Source: Balanoglossus misakiensis (lineage: Eukaryota > Animalia > Hemichordata). Taken from it: 64,000 nucleotides of DNA. The stretch lies in assembly GCA_040954595.2 (NCBI GenBank), contig CM082584.2:2325344-2389343 (forward strand), given 5' to 3'. Made by a program: the position numbers and the translations under genes. The notes under the pieces are model-generated. The model had not been told where the DNA came from. It searched no databases and was given only the letters and a program-made list of their open reading frames with translations. Of this stretch, positions 14,601 to 27,600 are shown piece after piece (position 1 is the stretch's first letter; each line of letters opens with the position of its first letter).

Positions 14601-15135
14601 TTACTTCTTATAAAATAATGTAAAGGACACTGTGGTGCCCTTTGGGGATTACTCAGAAATTAGGTATTCACCAGAATTAAATTCAGGGGCGACATTGGCA
14701 AGCATATATGGCATTAATATTTAAATACTATGGAAACATAAAAAAATTAACTATGCCAAATAAAGTGTTATGTGTCACAGCAATCTTACAAGCTACACTA
14801 AAAAACAACAACTGATTTTTGTCCAAAAACTGTCTGTAAAAATACATGCGAGTATGACAAATTAATTAGTCCAATCAGACAGAGGCATTCACTGACCTAC
14901 CACCAGTTTATAATAAAATAGCTGGTGGTCCCTGTAACAGCTGGACCATTAAAATTATATAAGGAAGATCAGTTAAAAATTTACTCCAAGATTGCCGTTT
15001 ATTTTTCTGATAAAAATGTTTATACATCTTAGTAAGTTATAACAAAAAAATTATCAAAATCGGTTCACCGGATTTCATTGTACAAACGCATCAAATAATA
15101 CTGAGATTCTCAAGTATCTTCACCATTTTTCAAAG

Positions 15136-16512
15136 AATTTTACCAAATTATATAAAAATGTAAGATTCACAGAAGATTACTTCTTTCAGTTTTACAGGAG
15201 ATCATCTAAACTTGTAAAAAAAATCTCTCTATTTTTTGCATGGCACCATGGTAAAATATGAAAATTTGCAATGTTTGATGTTCCGTGTCTAAATCATGTT
15301 TGATCTAATTTTCACGAAATTTTCAGATTATATTACAATATATGTGCAGATACAGATAGTGACTTATGTTTTTGATATCTGGATTATAATTTAAATTCAC
15401 AGGCGCTCAAATATGGTAAACCTAGCATTTTACCATTGCAAATGGGTGGCCTTATTGGGTTGACATTTCATTAGATGGCAATATTTGTTTATACATTGCA
15501 ATTTGCTGAAAATCAGTTCAATCACTGTAGTAAGTGGAAATATTTAAATTCTTGTGTATTTTAGCAATCATAAAGCTGATATTACTATCAAAAAAATGTT
15601 ATACAGTTGCTTCTGGACAGCAAAAATTGCCATCATTCAAGTCAAAGTCTCAGATCGGCCCTTTTGCTTACCTGTGTCGAGCAGATATCAAAAGTGGAGA
15701 AAGTTGGATAGTTTAATTTCTACATGTTACCTGTACTATCCTTGTAGACTATTAACATTAACAAGAATTTCATATTAAATTCTGGTATGATATGCATGGA
15801 AAGACTGGCTGGCTATAAATCATAAAAATGGACGCCGTTGCACCATACAGTTTTACTGCATACACACGTATTTTAAGCAAACTGTGCCTTTCATGTATTC
15901 CACTTTTCTCCCTTCCTTGCTGGTTTTCTCTGTTTTTTTTCTGACTGTGTCTTTATAAAATTACTATTTTTTTTTATTTTTTTTTATTTTTTTTTTTTTT
16001 TTTGGGGGGGGGGGGTAATTCAATTTCTGGCTCAAAAAATTGTACTAGAGCTGGTAAGGTTTCCTGAAAATTAATCCCTGTATCTTTAACGCAGGTGTGC
16101 AAGTTCATATAAAGTTCATTGGTTAAAGGAATATTATGAGCTGATAAATTTACTAAGCTCTTCTTTCCAGTTAGAAGCTCTGCTATATTAACAACTACTC
16201 TCAATGCTACTTCAATAATGTTGCCTGTGCAAATTGACAATCAAAATATCCATTAGTTAGACAACATATTTGGTTGGGTAATTACAGAATAATAACTATA
16301 ATTCCATGCATACTCTACCTAAACTCAAATTAGAATATATAACTAAAATTATAGTTATACACAGGTCTATAAAATGCTAAGAAAATGTAAAATCTAGGAA
16401 AGAACACCTATGGGCATTCAGCTCTTAGCAGATAACATCAGTCACTTTGAAGACATGTCACTTCCCAGACTTTACTAAAAATACTTCCAACTCTGACGTT
16501 AAACGCATCTCC
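15136..16512. repeat. ~1.3-kb repeat unit, copy 1 (other copies ~19078-20838 and ~20926-22252, plus their duplicates at +7358)
   Basis: Shared start (aagattcacagaagattac) and end (aaacgcatctccaa). The ORF MSICTGNIIEVALRVV recurs at 15974, 20344, 21666, 27702 and 29024. Confidence 0.9.
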
Positions 16513-19080
16513 AAAAAATCCAATATGGCAACCATGAAGAAGACAATTAAAGCAACATGCTGCATTGGAGGGACCAAAGTGGTAAGCATGGTTCCAAAAG
16601 AAAGCAAAGGCTGTTTCTGTTGTGGATGCCAAGAAATGGTAAAGTAAGCCAGAGGTCATGCAAAATTGTGCTAACAAAATTTGATATCAAACTGATCAGT
16701 GTCCAACAAAAAACCAGACTTCTAAGCTCTATTGGTTAACTTGAAATAGCTTATGTACATAATTATTGCGTTAAAGTTTAATACTTCATTAGGTGTTCCA
16801 GTCCACCAAATTTGAAGGCTGTATCTGCTGTACATTCCAAGGCATGGGATAGTAGATCAAAGGTCATTGCCAAAATTATCAAAAGATTTGGGTTTTGTCC
16901 TGGCAGCAGTAGTACTCGTGTGAACAAAATCATGACTGCTGTGCTTTTTAACAAGAGGCATATCCACATAAAATAAGTTCTGGAATAACTGGATCAAAGG
17001 ACAAGCGAGAGTCGCAAATAAATTGTTTAAATCAAGTTCTGTAAAAACTTGATCAAAGAACATGTGAAAGTAGTCTAATAATTTTGATATATTCTGGTCA
17101 TATGGTGACTCATATCCATAAAAAGAATTTGTGTGGTTTCAATGAGCAGGCTAGAAATAGGAAATATTAGTCTTTTATCAGAGATCAGAAAATCCAATTT
17201 GGCTCAATAAGGTTTACCCAATCACAATTTACTTGAAAACTTGATTAGAAAAAGATTTGTGAAATTTTTCATGAGATTTTTCAAAAATCCAATATGGCAA
17301 CCAAAGTGACATGACCACTAATGATATTGTTGTCAAACATTGAACCGCACAGTAAATTAGAACTTGATTTGCCTTGTAGTTGTTGAAAAGATGTCAATTT
17401 TTAAGGGTTATCAGAATATCCAATATGGCCACCATTAAGAAGAAATGGGACAGGCCCAAGCGGTTAGCATGGTTCCAACAGAAAGCAAAGGCTGTTTTGT
17501 TGTGGATGCCAAGAAATGGTAAAGTAAGCCAGAGGTCACGCAAAATTGTGACACAAATTTTTGATCTTAAACTGATCAGTGTCCAACAAAAACCAGACTT
17601 GTAAGCTCCATTTGTTTACTTGAAATAGCTTATGTACAAAATTATTGTGTTAAAGTTTAATACTTCATTAGTTGTTTCAGTCCTCCAAATTTGAAGACTG
17701 TATCTGCTGTGCATGCCAACTTATGGAAAAGTAGATCAAAGGTCATTGCCATAATTAGCAAAATATTTTGGTTATTTCCTGGCAGCAGCAGTACTCATGT
17801 GAACAAAATCATGACTGTTGTGCTTTTTAACAAGAGGCATATCCACATAAAATAAGTTCTGGAATTACTGGATCAAAGGGCATATCCACATAAAATAAGT
17901 TCTGGAATTACTGGATCAAAGGACATGCGAGAGTCGCAAACAAATTGTTTATTCAAGTTTTATTATTGTCATTGAACCGCACAGTAAATTAGAACTTGAT
18001 TTGCCTTGTAGTTGTTTTATAAGATGTCAATTTTTAAAGGTTATACGAAAATCCAATATGGCCGCCATGAAGAAGACAATTAAAACTAAAAGCAGCATTG
18101 GAGGGACCAAAGCGGTTAGCATGGTTCCAACAGAAAGCAAAGGCTTTATCTGTTATGGATGCTGAGAAATGGTAAGTAAGCCAGAGGTCACGCAAATTTT
18201 GGCCAACAAATTTTGATATCAAACTGAGCTGTGTCCAACAGAAAACAGACTTCTAAGCTCTTTTGGTTCACTTGAAATAGCTTATGTACATAATTATTGT
18301 GTTAAAGTTTAATACTTCATTAGGTGTTCCAGCCAAAAAAATTTGAAGACTGTATTTGCTGTTTATTCCAAGTAATGGGATAGTAGATCAAAGGTCATTG
18401 CCAAAATTATCAAAAGATTTGGGTTATGTCCTGGCAGCAAAGGTCATTGCCAAAATTATCAAAAGATTTGGGTTATGTCCTGGCAGCAGTCGTACTCATG
18501 TGAACAAAATTATGACTGTTGTGCTTTTTAACAAGAGGCATATCCACATAAAATAAGTTCTGGAATTACTGGATCAAAGGACATGCGAGAGTCGCAAACA
18601 CATTGTTTAATCAAGTTCTGTAAAAACTTGATCAAAGAACATGTGAAAGTAGTCTAATAATTGTGATATATTCTGGTCATATGGTGACTCATATCCATAA
18701 AAAGAATTTGTGTGGTTTCAATGAGCAGGCTAGAAATAGGAAATTTTAGTCTTTTATTGGAGATCAGAAAATCGAATTTGGCTTCAATAAGGTTTACCCA
18801 ATCACAATTTACTTGAAAACTTGATTAGAAATAGATTTTTGAAATTTTTTAATGATATTTTTTCAAAAATCCAAAGCCACATGACCACTAATGATATTAT
18901 TGTCAAACATTGAACTGCACAGTAAATTAGAACTTGATTGGCCCTGTAGTTTTTGAAAAAAATGTCAACTTTTAAAGGTTATCCGAAAATCCAATATGGC
19001 CGCCATGAAGAAGACAATTAAAACATTTACTAAAAGCAGCATTTGAGGGACCAAAGCGATTAACATGGTTCCAACATAAA
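16510..19080 (+). repeat. Continuation of the same mosaic tandem array
   Basis: Same modules as 10.6-14.6 kb, and the spurious ORFs recur (e.g. MISKFVG... at 13579, 18034, 25392). Confidence 0.85.
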
Positions 19081-22000
19081 AATGCAAGATTCACAGAAGA
19101 TTACTTCTTTCAGTTTTACAGGAGATCATCTAAACTTGTAAAAAAATCTCTCTATTTTTTGCATGGCACCATGGTAAGATATGAAAATTTGCAATGTTTG
19201 ATGTTCCGTGTCTCAATCATGTTTTATCTAATTTTCACGAAATTTCCAGATTATATTGAACACCTATTGCCTGGCCATGAGGGCCATAGCGGCCGTTTAT
19301 TACACCGGAGGGGTTGTGAGTTACCAGAATCATATGCTATTTCCCGAGGCCGCAGGCCGAGGGAAATAGCGTATGATTCTGGTAACTCACAGCCACGTGG
19401 GGGTAAAAACGGCTGCTATGGCCCGAATATAGGCCAGGCTATAGGTGTTTTATAATAAACCTCATGCTGACAGTTTTGGAAAATCATGCAATTTTCTCTT
19501 GAGGTTGGCAGACGACATCTTCAGCGGTGGCCATTGTGTCAGACGCGACGCTGATTGACGTGACCACGTTTGTCATGTGACCGGTTTATATTTTTTCTGC
19601 TATTTCCCTAACGGTTCATAGTCGATTCTATTTTCCTATCACGTGACGGATTCTGGCGAATCACGGCACAGTATTAGCATGAGGTATATTATAATACAAT
19701 ATATGTGCAGATACAGATAGTGACTTAAGTTTTTGATATCTGGATTATAATTTAAATTCCCAGGCGCTCAAATATGGTAAACCTAGCATTTTACCATTGC
19801 AAATGGGCGGCCATATTGGGTTGACATTTCATTAGATGGCAATATTTGTTTATACACTGCAATTTGCTGAAAATCAGTTCAATCACTGTAGTAAGTGGAA
19901 ATATTTAAAGTCTTGTGTATTTTAGCAATCATAAAGCTGATATTACTACCAAAAACATTTTATACAGTTACTTCTGAACAGCAAAAATTGCCATCATTCA
20001 AGTCAAAGTCTCAGATCGGCCCTTTTGCTTGCCTGTGTCGAGTGGATATCAAAAGTGGAGAAAGTTGGATAGTTTAATTTCTACATGTTACCTGTACTAT
20101 CCTTGTAGACTATTAACATTAACAAGAATTTCATATTAAATTTTGGTATGATATGCATGGAAAGACTGGCTGGCTATAAATCATGAAAATGGACGCCGTT
20201 GCACCATACAGTTTTTACTGCACACACATGTATTTTAAGCACACTGTGTCTTTCATGTATTCCACTTTTCTCCCTTCCTTGCTGGCTTTGTCTATTTCTT
20301 TTCTGACTGTGTCTTTATGAAATTACTGATTTTTTTTTGGTAATTAAACTTCTGGCTCAAATAAATGTACTAGAGCTGGTAAGGTTTCCTGAACATTAAT
20401 CCCTGTATCTTTAACGCAGGTGTGCAAGTTCATATAAAGTTCATTGGTTAAAGGAATATTATGAGCTGATAAATTTACTAAGCTCTTCTTTCCAGTTAGA
20501 AGCTCTGCTATATTATCAACTACTCTCAATGCTACTTCAATAATGTTGCCTGTGCAAATTGACAATCAAAATATCCATTAGTTAGACAACATATTTGATT
20601 GGGTAATTACAGAATAATTACTTTAATTCCATGCATACTCTACCTAAACTCAAATTAGAATATATAACTGAAATTATAATTATAAACAGGTCTATGAAAT
20701 GCTAAGAAAATGTAAAATCTAGGAAAGAACACCCATGGGCATTCAGCTCTTAGCAGATAACATCAGTCACTTTGAAGACATGTCACTTCCCAGACTTTAC
20801 TAAAAAAACTTCAAACTCTGAAGTGAAACGCATCTCCAAAAAATCCAATATGGCAACCATGAAGAAGACAATTAAAGCAACATGCTGCATTGCAGGGGCC
20901 AAAGTGGTTTGCATGGTTCCAACATAAAAATGCAAGATTCACAGAAGATTACTTCTTTCAGTTTTACAGGAGATCATCTAATCTTGTAAAAAAAATCTCT
21001 CTATTTTTTGCATGGCACCATGGTAAAATATGAAAATTTGCAATGTTTGATCTTCTGTGTCTCGATCATGTTTGATCTAATTTTCACGAAATTTTCAGAT
21101 TATATTACAATATATGTGCAGATACAGATAGTGACTTAAGTTTTTGATATCTGGATTATAATTTAAATTCCCAGGCGCTCAAATATGGTAAACCTAGCAT
21201 TTTACCATTGCAAATAGGCGGCCTTAATTGGGTTGACATTTCATTAGATGGCAATATTTGTTTATACACTGCAATTTGCTGAAAATCAGTTCAATCACTG
21301 TAGTAAGTGGAAATATTTAAATTCTGATGTATTTTTAGCAATCATAAAGCTGATATTACTACCAAATAAATGCTATACAGTTACTTCTGGACAGCAAAAA
21401 TTGCCATCATTCAAGTCATAGTCTCAGATCGGCCCTTTTGCTTGCCTGTGTCGAGCGGATATCAAAAGTGGAGAAAGTTTGATAGTTTAATTTCAACATG
21501 TTACCTGTACTATCCTTGTAGACTATTAACATTAACAAGAATTTCATATTAAATTTTGGTATGATATGCATGGAAAGACTGGCTGCTTATAAATCATAAA
21601 AATTGACGCCGTTGCACCATACAGTTTTTACAGCACACACACGTATTTTAAGCAAACTGTGTCGTTCATGTATTCCACTTTTCTCCCTTCCTTGCTGGCT
21701 TTCTCTGTTTCTTTTCTGACTGTGTCTTTATGAAATTACTGATTTTTTTTGGTAATTCAATTTCTGGCTCAAATAAATGTACTAGAGCTGGTAAGGTTTC
21801 CTGAACATTAATCCCTGTATCTTTAACGCAGGTGTGCAAGTTCATATAAAGTTCATTGGTTAAAGGAATATTATGAGCTGATAAATTTACTAAGCTCTTC
21901 TTTCCAGTTAGAAGCTCTGCTATATTATCAACTACTCTTAATGCTACTTCAATAATGTTGCCTGTGCAAATTGACAATCAAAATATCCATTAGTTAGACA

Positions 22001-24648
22001 ACATATTTGGTTGGGTAATTACAGAATAATTACTTTAATTCCATGCATACCCTTCCTAAACTCAAATTAGAATATATAACTGAAATTATAATTATACACA
22101 GGTCTATGAAATGCTAAGAAAATGTAAAATCTAGGAAAGAACACCCATGGGCATTCAGCTCTTAGCAGATAACATCAATCACTTTGAAGACATGTCACTT
22201 CCCAGACTTTACTAAAAAATACTTCCAACTCTGAAGTAAAACGCATCTCCAAGTTGCATACACAATACTATAATATACTGTTAGAGATTTATAATGTTTT
22301 AAGTGAAAAAAATACAGAGATGTAAATACCCCTGCCATTTATTCAGTGACATGTAATGCTGCCATTATGCACTGATTGACTCTAGCCACTTTCCCAGTAG
22401 GAGGAAAAAGACCATATGCCGTCTTCAGCATAAAAATCTCAGTTTACTCTGGCTAATTATATTGGAGTTCTTATCAGTGTTTCGGGACGCTTAGATGATA
22501 ATCGTTGAAATGGACAACACCAACATATGACGTTAACAAGCGGGAAGAAACAAAAGTTACTCAGTTTTTGGCATTTTATTTTTATTTGCAAGACCGAGAA
22601 ATTAAAATATGACAAATTTAGAAATCAATCAGATTATACAGCATGTCCCACTTTGAATGGTGGCCATATTGGATTCTGAACTCCCTAGTAATATAAACAT
22701 ATAGTGTACTTAGTGAGTCTCAGTATAGGGTAATCAACACAATCAGACAAAACTTGGGTTACCCATTGGAATATTCCTATCAAATTTCAAAGCAATCCCA
22801 TATGCAGTTTCAGAAAAATCAGTATTTTCTCCAAAATTGTATAATATCTTACTTCAATCGCTTCAGGGAACATGCCTACCAAAGCTCAAGGCGATCTGAC
22901 ATGCAGTTTGAAAGAAAATAATTTTTGATGAAAAATTCCACAACTTTCACACACAAAACGCAAATATGTAAATTTCAAGTATTTTTTTTAAACATCTCAT
23001 TTAATTATCCCCAAGGAACAAGCCTACCAAATTTGAAAGCAATCTCACAAGCGGTTTTAGAGGAAACAATTTTTGACCAAAAATGGCAAAAATTGCTACA
23101 AAATTATAAATATGCACATTTTTCATCAACCAGGTTTTCATCAACTGGGACCACACATACAAAAGTATGCTTCCAAGCAACACGACTCTAGGAGAAAAAA
23201 TCCTTGTCGCCCTGGTCAAAAAATTGGCTTATACTAAAACATCAAATCGGTTATCTCTCAAAGCTAAAAGGGTTATCACCAAACAGATTACAATGCCTAA
23301 GTTAAAATGTTTAAGACATTTTCTTTAGTTGTGGTTTTGGTTTTATCGGTTTTCCCAATAAAAATTAGGATAATTTTTTAAGTATGCCAACGGAGAGGTG
23401 GAAATCTCACCAGAAAAGCGAAAATACACCAACCACGTTTAAACCGTAAAATTAAAAAAAAAACACCTGCAAACACCGAGGTGACTCATATAAAAACCTC
23501 AAAGAACGTATGGAATTATGTATGGAAAAATACCGTGGTTTCCTGACCTTCCGCTAAACAAAGACTATACGTATGGAACTATCGTTCCGTCCACCAGCAA
23601 AGAGACTTTCCAGAGAAAAACGTTCTACCCGTACCTTATGTCGCCATAGTGACGTGCCATTTTGCCACAACCGTTCGACAGTATGGTCGACTATTTTGAC
23701 ACTAAACATCCTGCAGCGCTGCCATCCTTTTCAATCTCACAAACTGGCCCTACGTGCGCTTAGGCAAGAGGCCTAGCAATAAAAATTTCACAAAATATAA
23801 CCCTATAAATATGATAAGACTTTCTCGATTATGACTTCCTGGTCTCCTGATTCGGGAGCCAGCGCAGCCATACCCAGAATAGCCGAGAGGCTAGCTGCAC
23901 GCCCGTAGCTCGGAATTGTTTCTGGAATTAAACCTACTTCTGTTCAACTACAAGGTGTTGTACGGATAGCTGCAAGTCACCCAATACCAGACAAAACAAT
24001 CGAGTGACGGTAACATAGCTAAATAGGCTATTGTACTAAAAGCAATGATTCGATTATGAGCCTACCGAAAAGACGTCTTGATCCCGCGGCAAGTAGAAGG
24101 AAAGTGGTCGAAACCCGGCGTCGCACACCGGAAACGGATCAATGATCACCTGTTGTTATGGTGAGTAGAACGTGTTACCCAATCACAGACCAAAGTTAGC
24201 ATTACGACACACTAATGAATATGCATACATGCTACAGCTGCATATTTTATTTCTTTAGAACGCTCTGGAACATGCTCGCATTCGAAAGAATATCTCATTT
24301 GCTTTTTGAGTGTGAGTGCCTCATTGTCTACACAATAAAATCGGGGGGGGGGGGGCACAGTGGGTAATTTCTACCACAGCCACGCATTTCAAACCAGGCA
24401 AGCGAACTGCAAACTTCCGATGTCTGAGCAACGGGTTTGATGTGCCTTGTGTTGTGAACACTTATTCGACTTCGAGGAAACAGAGCTATAATACTTCCTA
24501 ATGTGTTTCTCTTTCTGTGTCATTTTGGTCAGTCAGACCACGATACCCGAGATCGTAAACTGCTTGGGTTAGGTCGCTTAGGAGGCTGCAACTGCGGCCA
24601 CAGGTCATGTCGGTGTGTGTTGTAAACAAACATGGTAAATGCCTCCCG
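17292..24648. repeat. 7.36-kb tandem segmental duplication, copy A
   Basis: ORFs repeat at a constant +7358 offset (17380/24738, 19159/26517, 23573/30931). Junction reads gcctcccg-t-atatggcaacc at 24641-24660. Confidence 0.95.
19257..19694. mobile_element. 438-bp non-autonomous double-hairpin insertion, possibly tyrosine-recombinase (Crypton/DIRS-like) type
   Basis: Absent from sister copies of the 1.3-kb repeat (empty site cagattatat|tacaat near 15325 and 21097). A ~200-bp hairpin centred on cgaggccgcaggccgag is followed by a second inverted repeat (tataataaacctcatgct...agcatgaggtatattata). TTATAW occurs at the left flank, middle and right end. Confidence 0.75.
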
Positions 24649-24649
24649 T

Positions 24650-27600
24650 ATATGGCAACCAAAGTGACATGACCACTAATGATATTGTTGTCAAACATTG
24701 AACCGCACAGTAAATTAGAACTTGATTTGCCTTGTAGTTGTTGAAAAGATGTCAATTTTTAAGGGTTATCAGAATATCCAATATGGCCACCATTAAGAAG
24801 AAATGGGACAGGCCCAAGCGGTTAGCATGGTTCCAACAGAAAGCAAAGGCTGTTTTGTTGTGGATGCCAAGAAATGGTAAAGTAAGCCAGAGGTCACGCA
24901 AAATTGTGACACAAATTTTTGATCTTAAACTGATCAGTGTCCAACAAAAACCAGACTTGTAAGCTCCATTTGTTTACTTGAAATAGCTTATGTACAAAAT
25001 TATTGTGTTAAAGTTTAATACTTCATTAGTTGTTTCAGTCCTCCAAATTTGAAGACTGTATCTGCTGTGCATGCCAACTTATGGAAAAGTAGATCAAAGG
25101 TCATTGCCATAATTAGCAAAATATTTTGGTTATTTCCTGGCAGCAGCAGTACTCATGTGAACAAAATCATGACTGTTGTGCTTTTTAACAAGAGGCATAT
25201 CCACATAAAATAAGTTCTGGAATTACTGGATCAAAGGGCATATCCACATAAAATAAGTTCTGGAATTACTGGATCAAAGGACATGCGAGAGTCGCAAACA
25301 AATTGTTTATTCAAGTTTTATTATTGTCATTGAACCGCACAGTAAATTAGAACTTGATTTGCCTTGTAGTTGTTTTATAAGATGTCAATTTTTAAAGGTT
25401 ATACGAAAATCCAATATGGCCGCCATGAAGAAGACAATTAAAACTAAAAGCAGCATTGGAGGGACCAAAGCGGTTAGCATGGTTCCAACAGAAAGCAAAG
25501 GCTTTATCTGTTATGGATGCTGAGAAATGGTAAGTAAGCCAGAGGTCACGCAAATTTTGGCCAACAAATTTTGATATCAAACTGAGCTGTGTCCAACAGA
25601 AAACAGACTTCTAAGCTCTTTTGGTTCACTTGAAATAGCTTATGTACATAATTATTGTGTTAAAGTTTAATACTTCATTAGGTGTTCCAGCCAAAAAAAT
25701 TTGAAGACTGTATTTGCTGTTTATTCCAAGTAATGGGATAGTAGATCAAAGGTCATTGCCAAAATTATCAAAAGATTTGGGTTATGTCCTGGCAGCAAAG
25801 GTCATTGCCAAAATTATCAAAAGATTTGGGTTATGTCCTGGCAGCAGTCGTACTCATGTGAACAAAATTATGACTGTTGTGCTTTTTAACAAGAGGCATA
25901 TCCACATAAAATAAGTTCTGGAATTACTGGATCAAAGGACATGCGAGAGTCGCAAACACATTGTTTAATCAAGTTCTGTAAAAACTTGATCAAAGAACAT
26001 GTGAAAGTAGTCTAATAATTGTGATATATTCTGGTCATATGGTGACTCATATCCATAAAAAGAATTTGTGTGGTTTCAATGAGCAGGCTAGAAATAGGAA
26101 ATTTTAGTCTTTTATTGGAGATCAGAAAATCGAATTTGGCTTCAATAAGGTTTACCCAATCACAATTTACTTGAAAACTTGATTAGAAATAGATTTTTGA
26201 AATTTTTTAATGATATTTTTTCAAAAATCCAAAGCCACATGACCACTAATGATATTATTGTCAAACATTGAACTGCACAGTAAATTAGAACTTGATTGGC
26301 CCTGTAGTTTTTGAAAAAAATGTCAACTTTTAAAGGTTATCCGAAAATCCAATATGGCCGCCATGAAGAAGACAATTAAAACATTTACTAAAAGCAGCAT
26401 TTGAGGGACCAAAGCGATTAACATGGTTCCAACATAAAAATGCAAGATTCACAGAAGATTACTTCTTTCAGTTTTACAGGAGATCATCTAAACTTGTAAA
26501 AAAATCTCTCTATTTTTTGCATGGCACCATGGTAAGATATGAAAATTTGCAATGTTTGATGTTCCGTGTCTCAATCATGTTTTATCTAATTTTCACGAAA
26601 TTTCCAGATTATATTGAACACCTATTGCCTGGCCATGAGGGCCATAGCGGCCGTTTATTACACCGGAGGGGTTGTGAGTTACCAGAATCATATGCTATTT
26701 CCCGAGGCCGCAGGCCGAGGGAAATAGCGTATGATTCTGGTAACTCACAGCCACGTGGGGGTAAAAACGGCTGCTATGGCCCGAATATAGGCCAGGCTAT
26801 AGGTGTTTTATAATAAACCTCATGCTGACAGTTTTGGAAAATCATGCAATTTTCTCTTGAGGTTGGCAGACGACATCTTCAGCGGTGGCCATTGTGTCAG
26901 ACGCGACGCTGATTGACGTGACCACGTTTGTCATGTGACCGGTTTATATTTTTTCTGCTATTTCCCTAACGGTTCATAGTCGATTCTATTTTCCTATCAC
27001 GTGACGGATTCTGGCGAATCACGGCACAGTATTAGCATGAGGTATATTATAATACAATATATGTGCAGATACAGATAGTGACTTAAGTTTTTGATATCTG
27101 GATTATAATTTAAATTCCCAGGCGCTCAAATATGGTAAACCTAGCATTTTACCATTGCAAATGGGCGGCCATATTGGGTTGACATTTCATTAGATGGCAA
27201 TATTTGTTTATACACTGCAATTTGCTGAAAATCAGTTCAATCACTGTAGTAAGTGGAAATATTTAAAGTCTTGTGTATTTTAGCAATCATAAAGCTGATA
27301 TTACTACCAAAAACATTTTATACAGTTACTTCTGAACAGCAAAAATTGCCATCATTCAAGTCAAAGTCTCAGATCGGCCCTTTTGCTTGCCTGTGTCGAG
27401 TGGATATCAAAAGTGGAGAAAGTTGGATAGTTTAATTTCTACATGTTACCTGTACTATCCTTGTAGACTATTAACATTAACAAGAATTTCATATTAAATT
27501 TTGGTATGATATGCATGGAAAGACTGGCTGGCTATAAATCATGAAAATGGACGCCGTTGCACCATACAGTTTTTACTGCACACACATGTATTTTAAGCAC

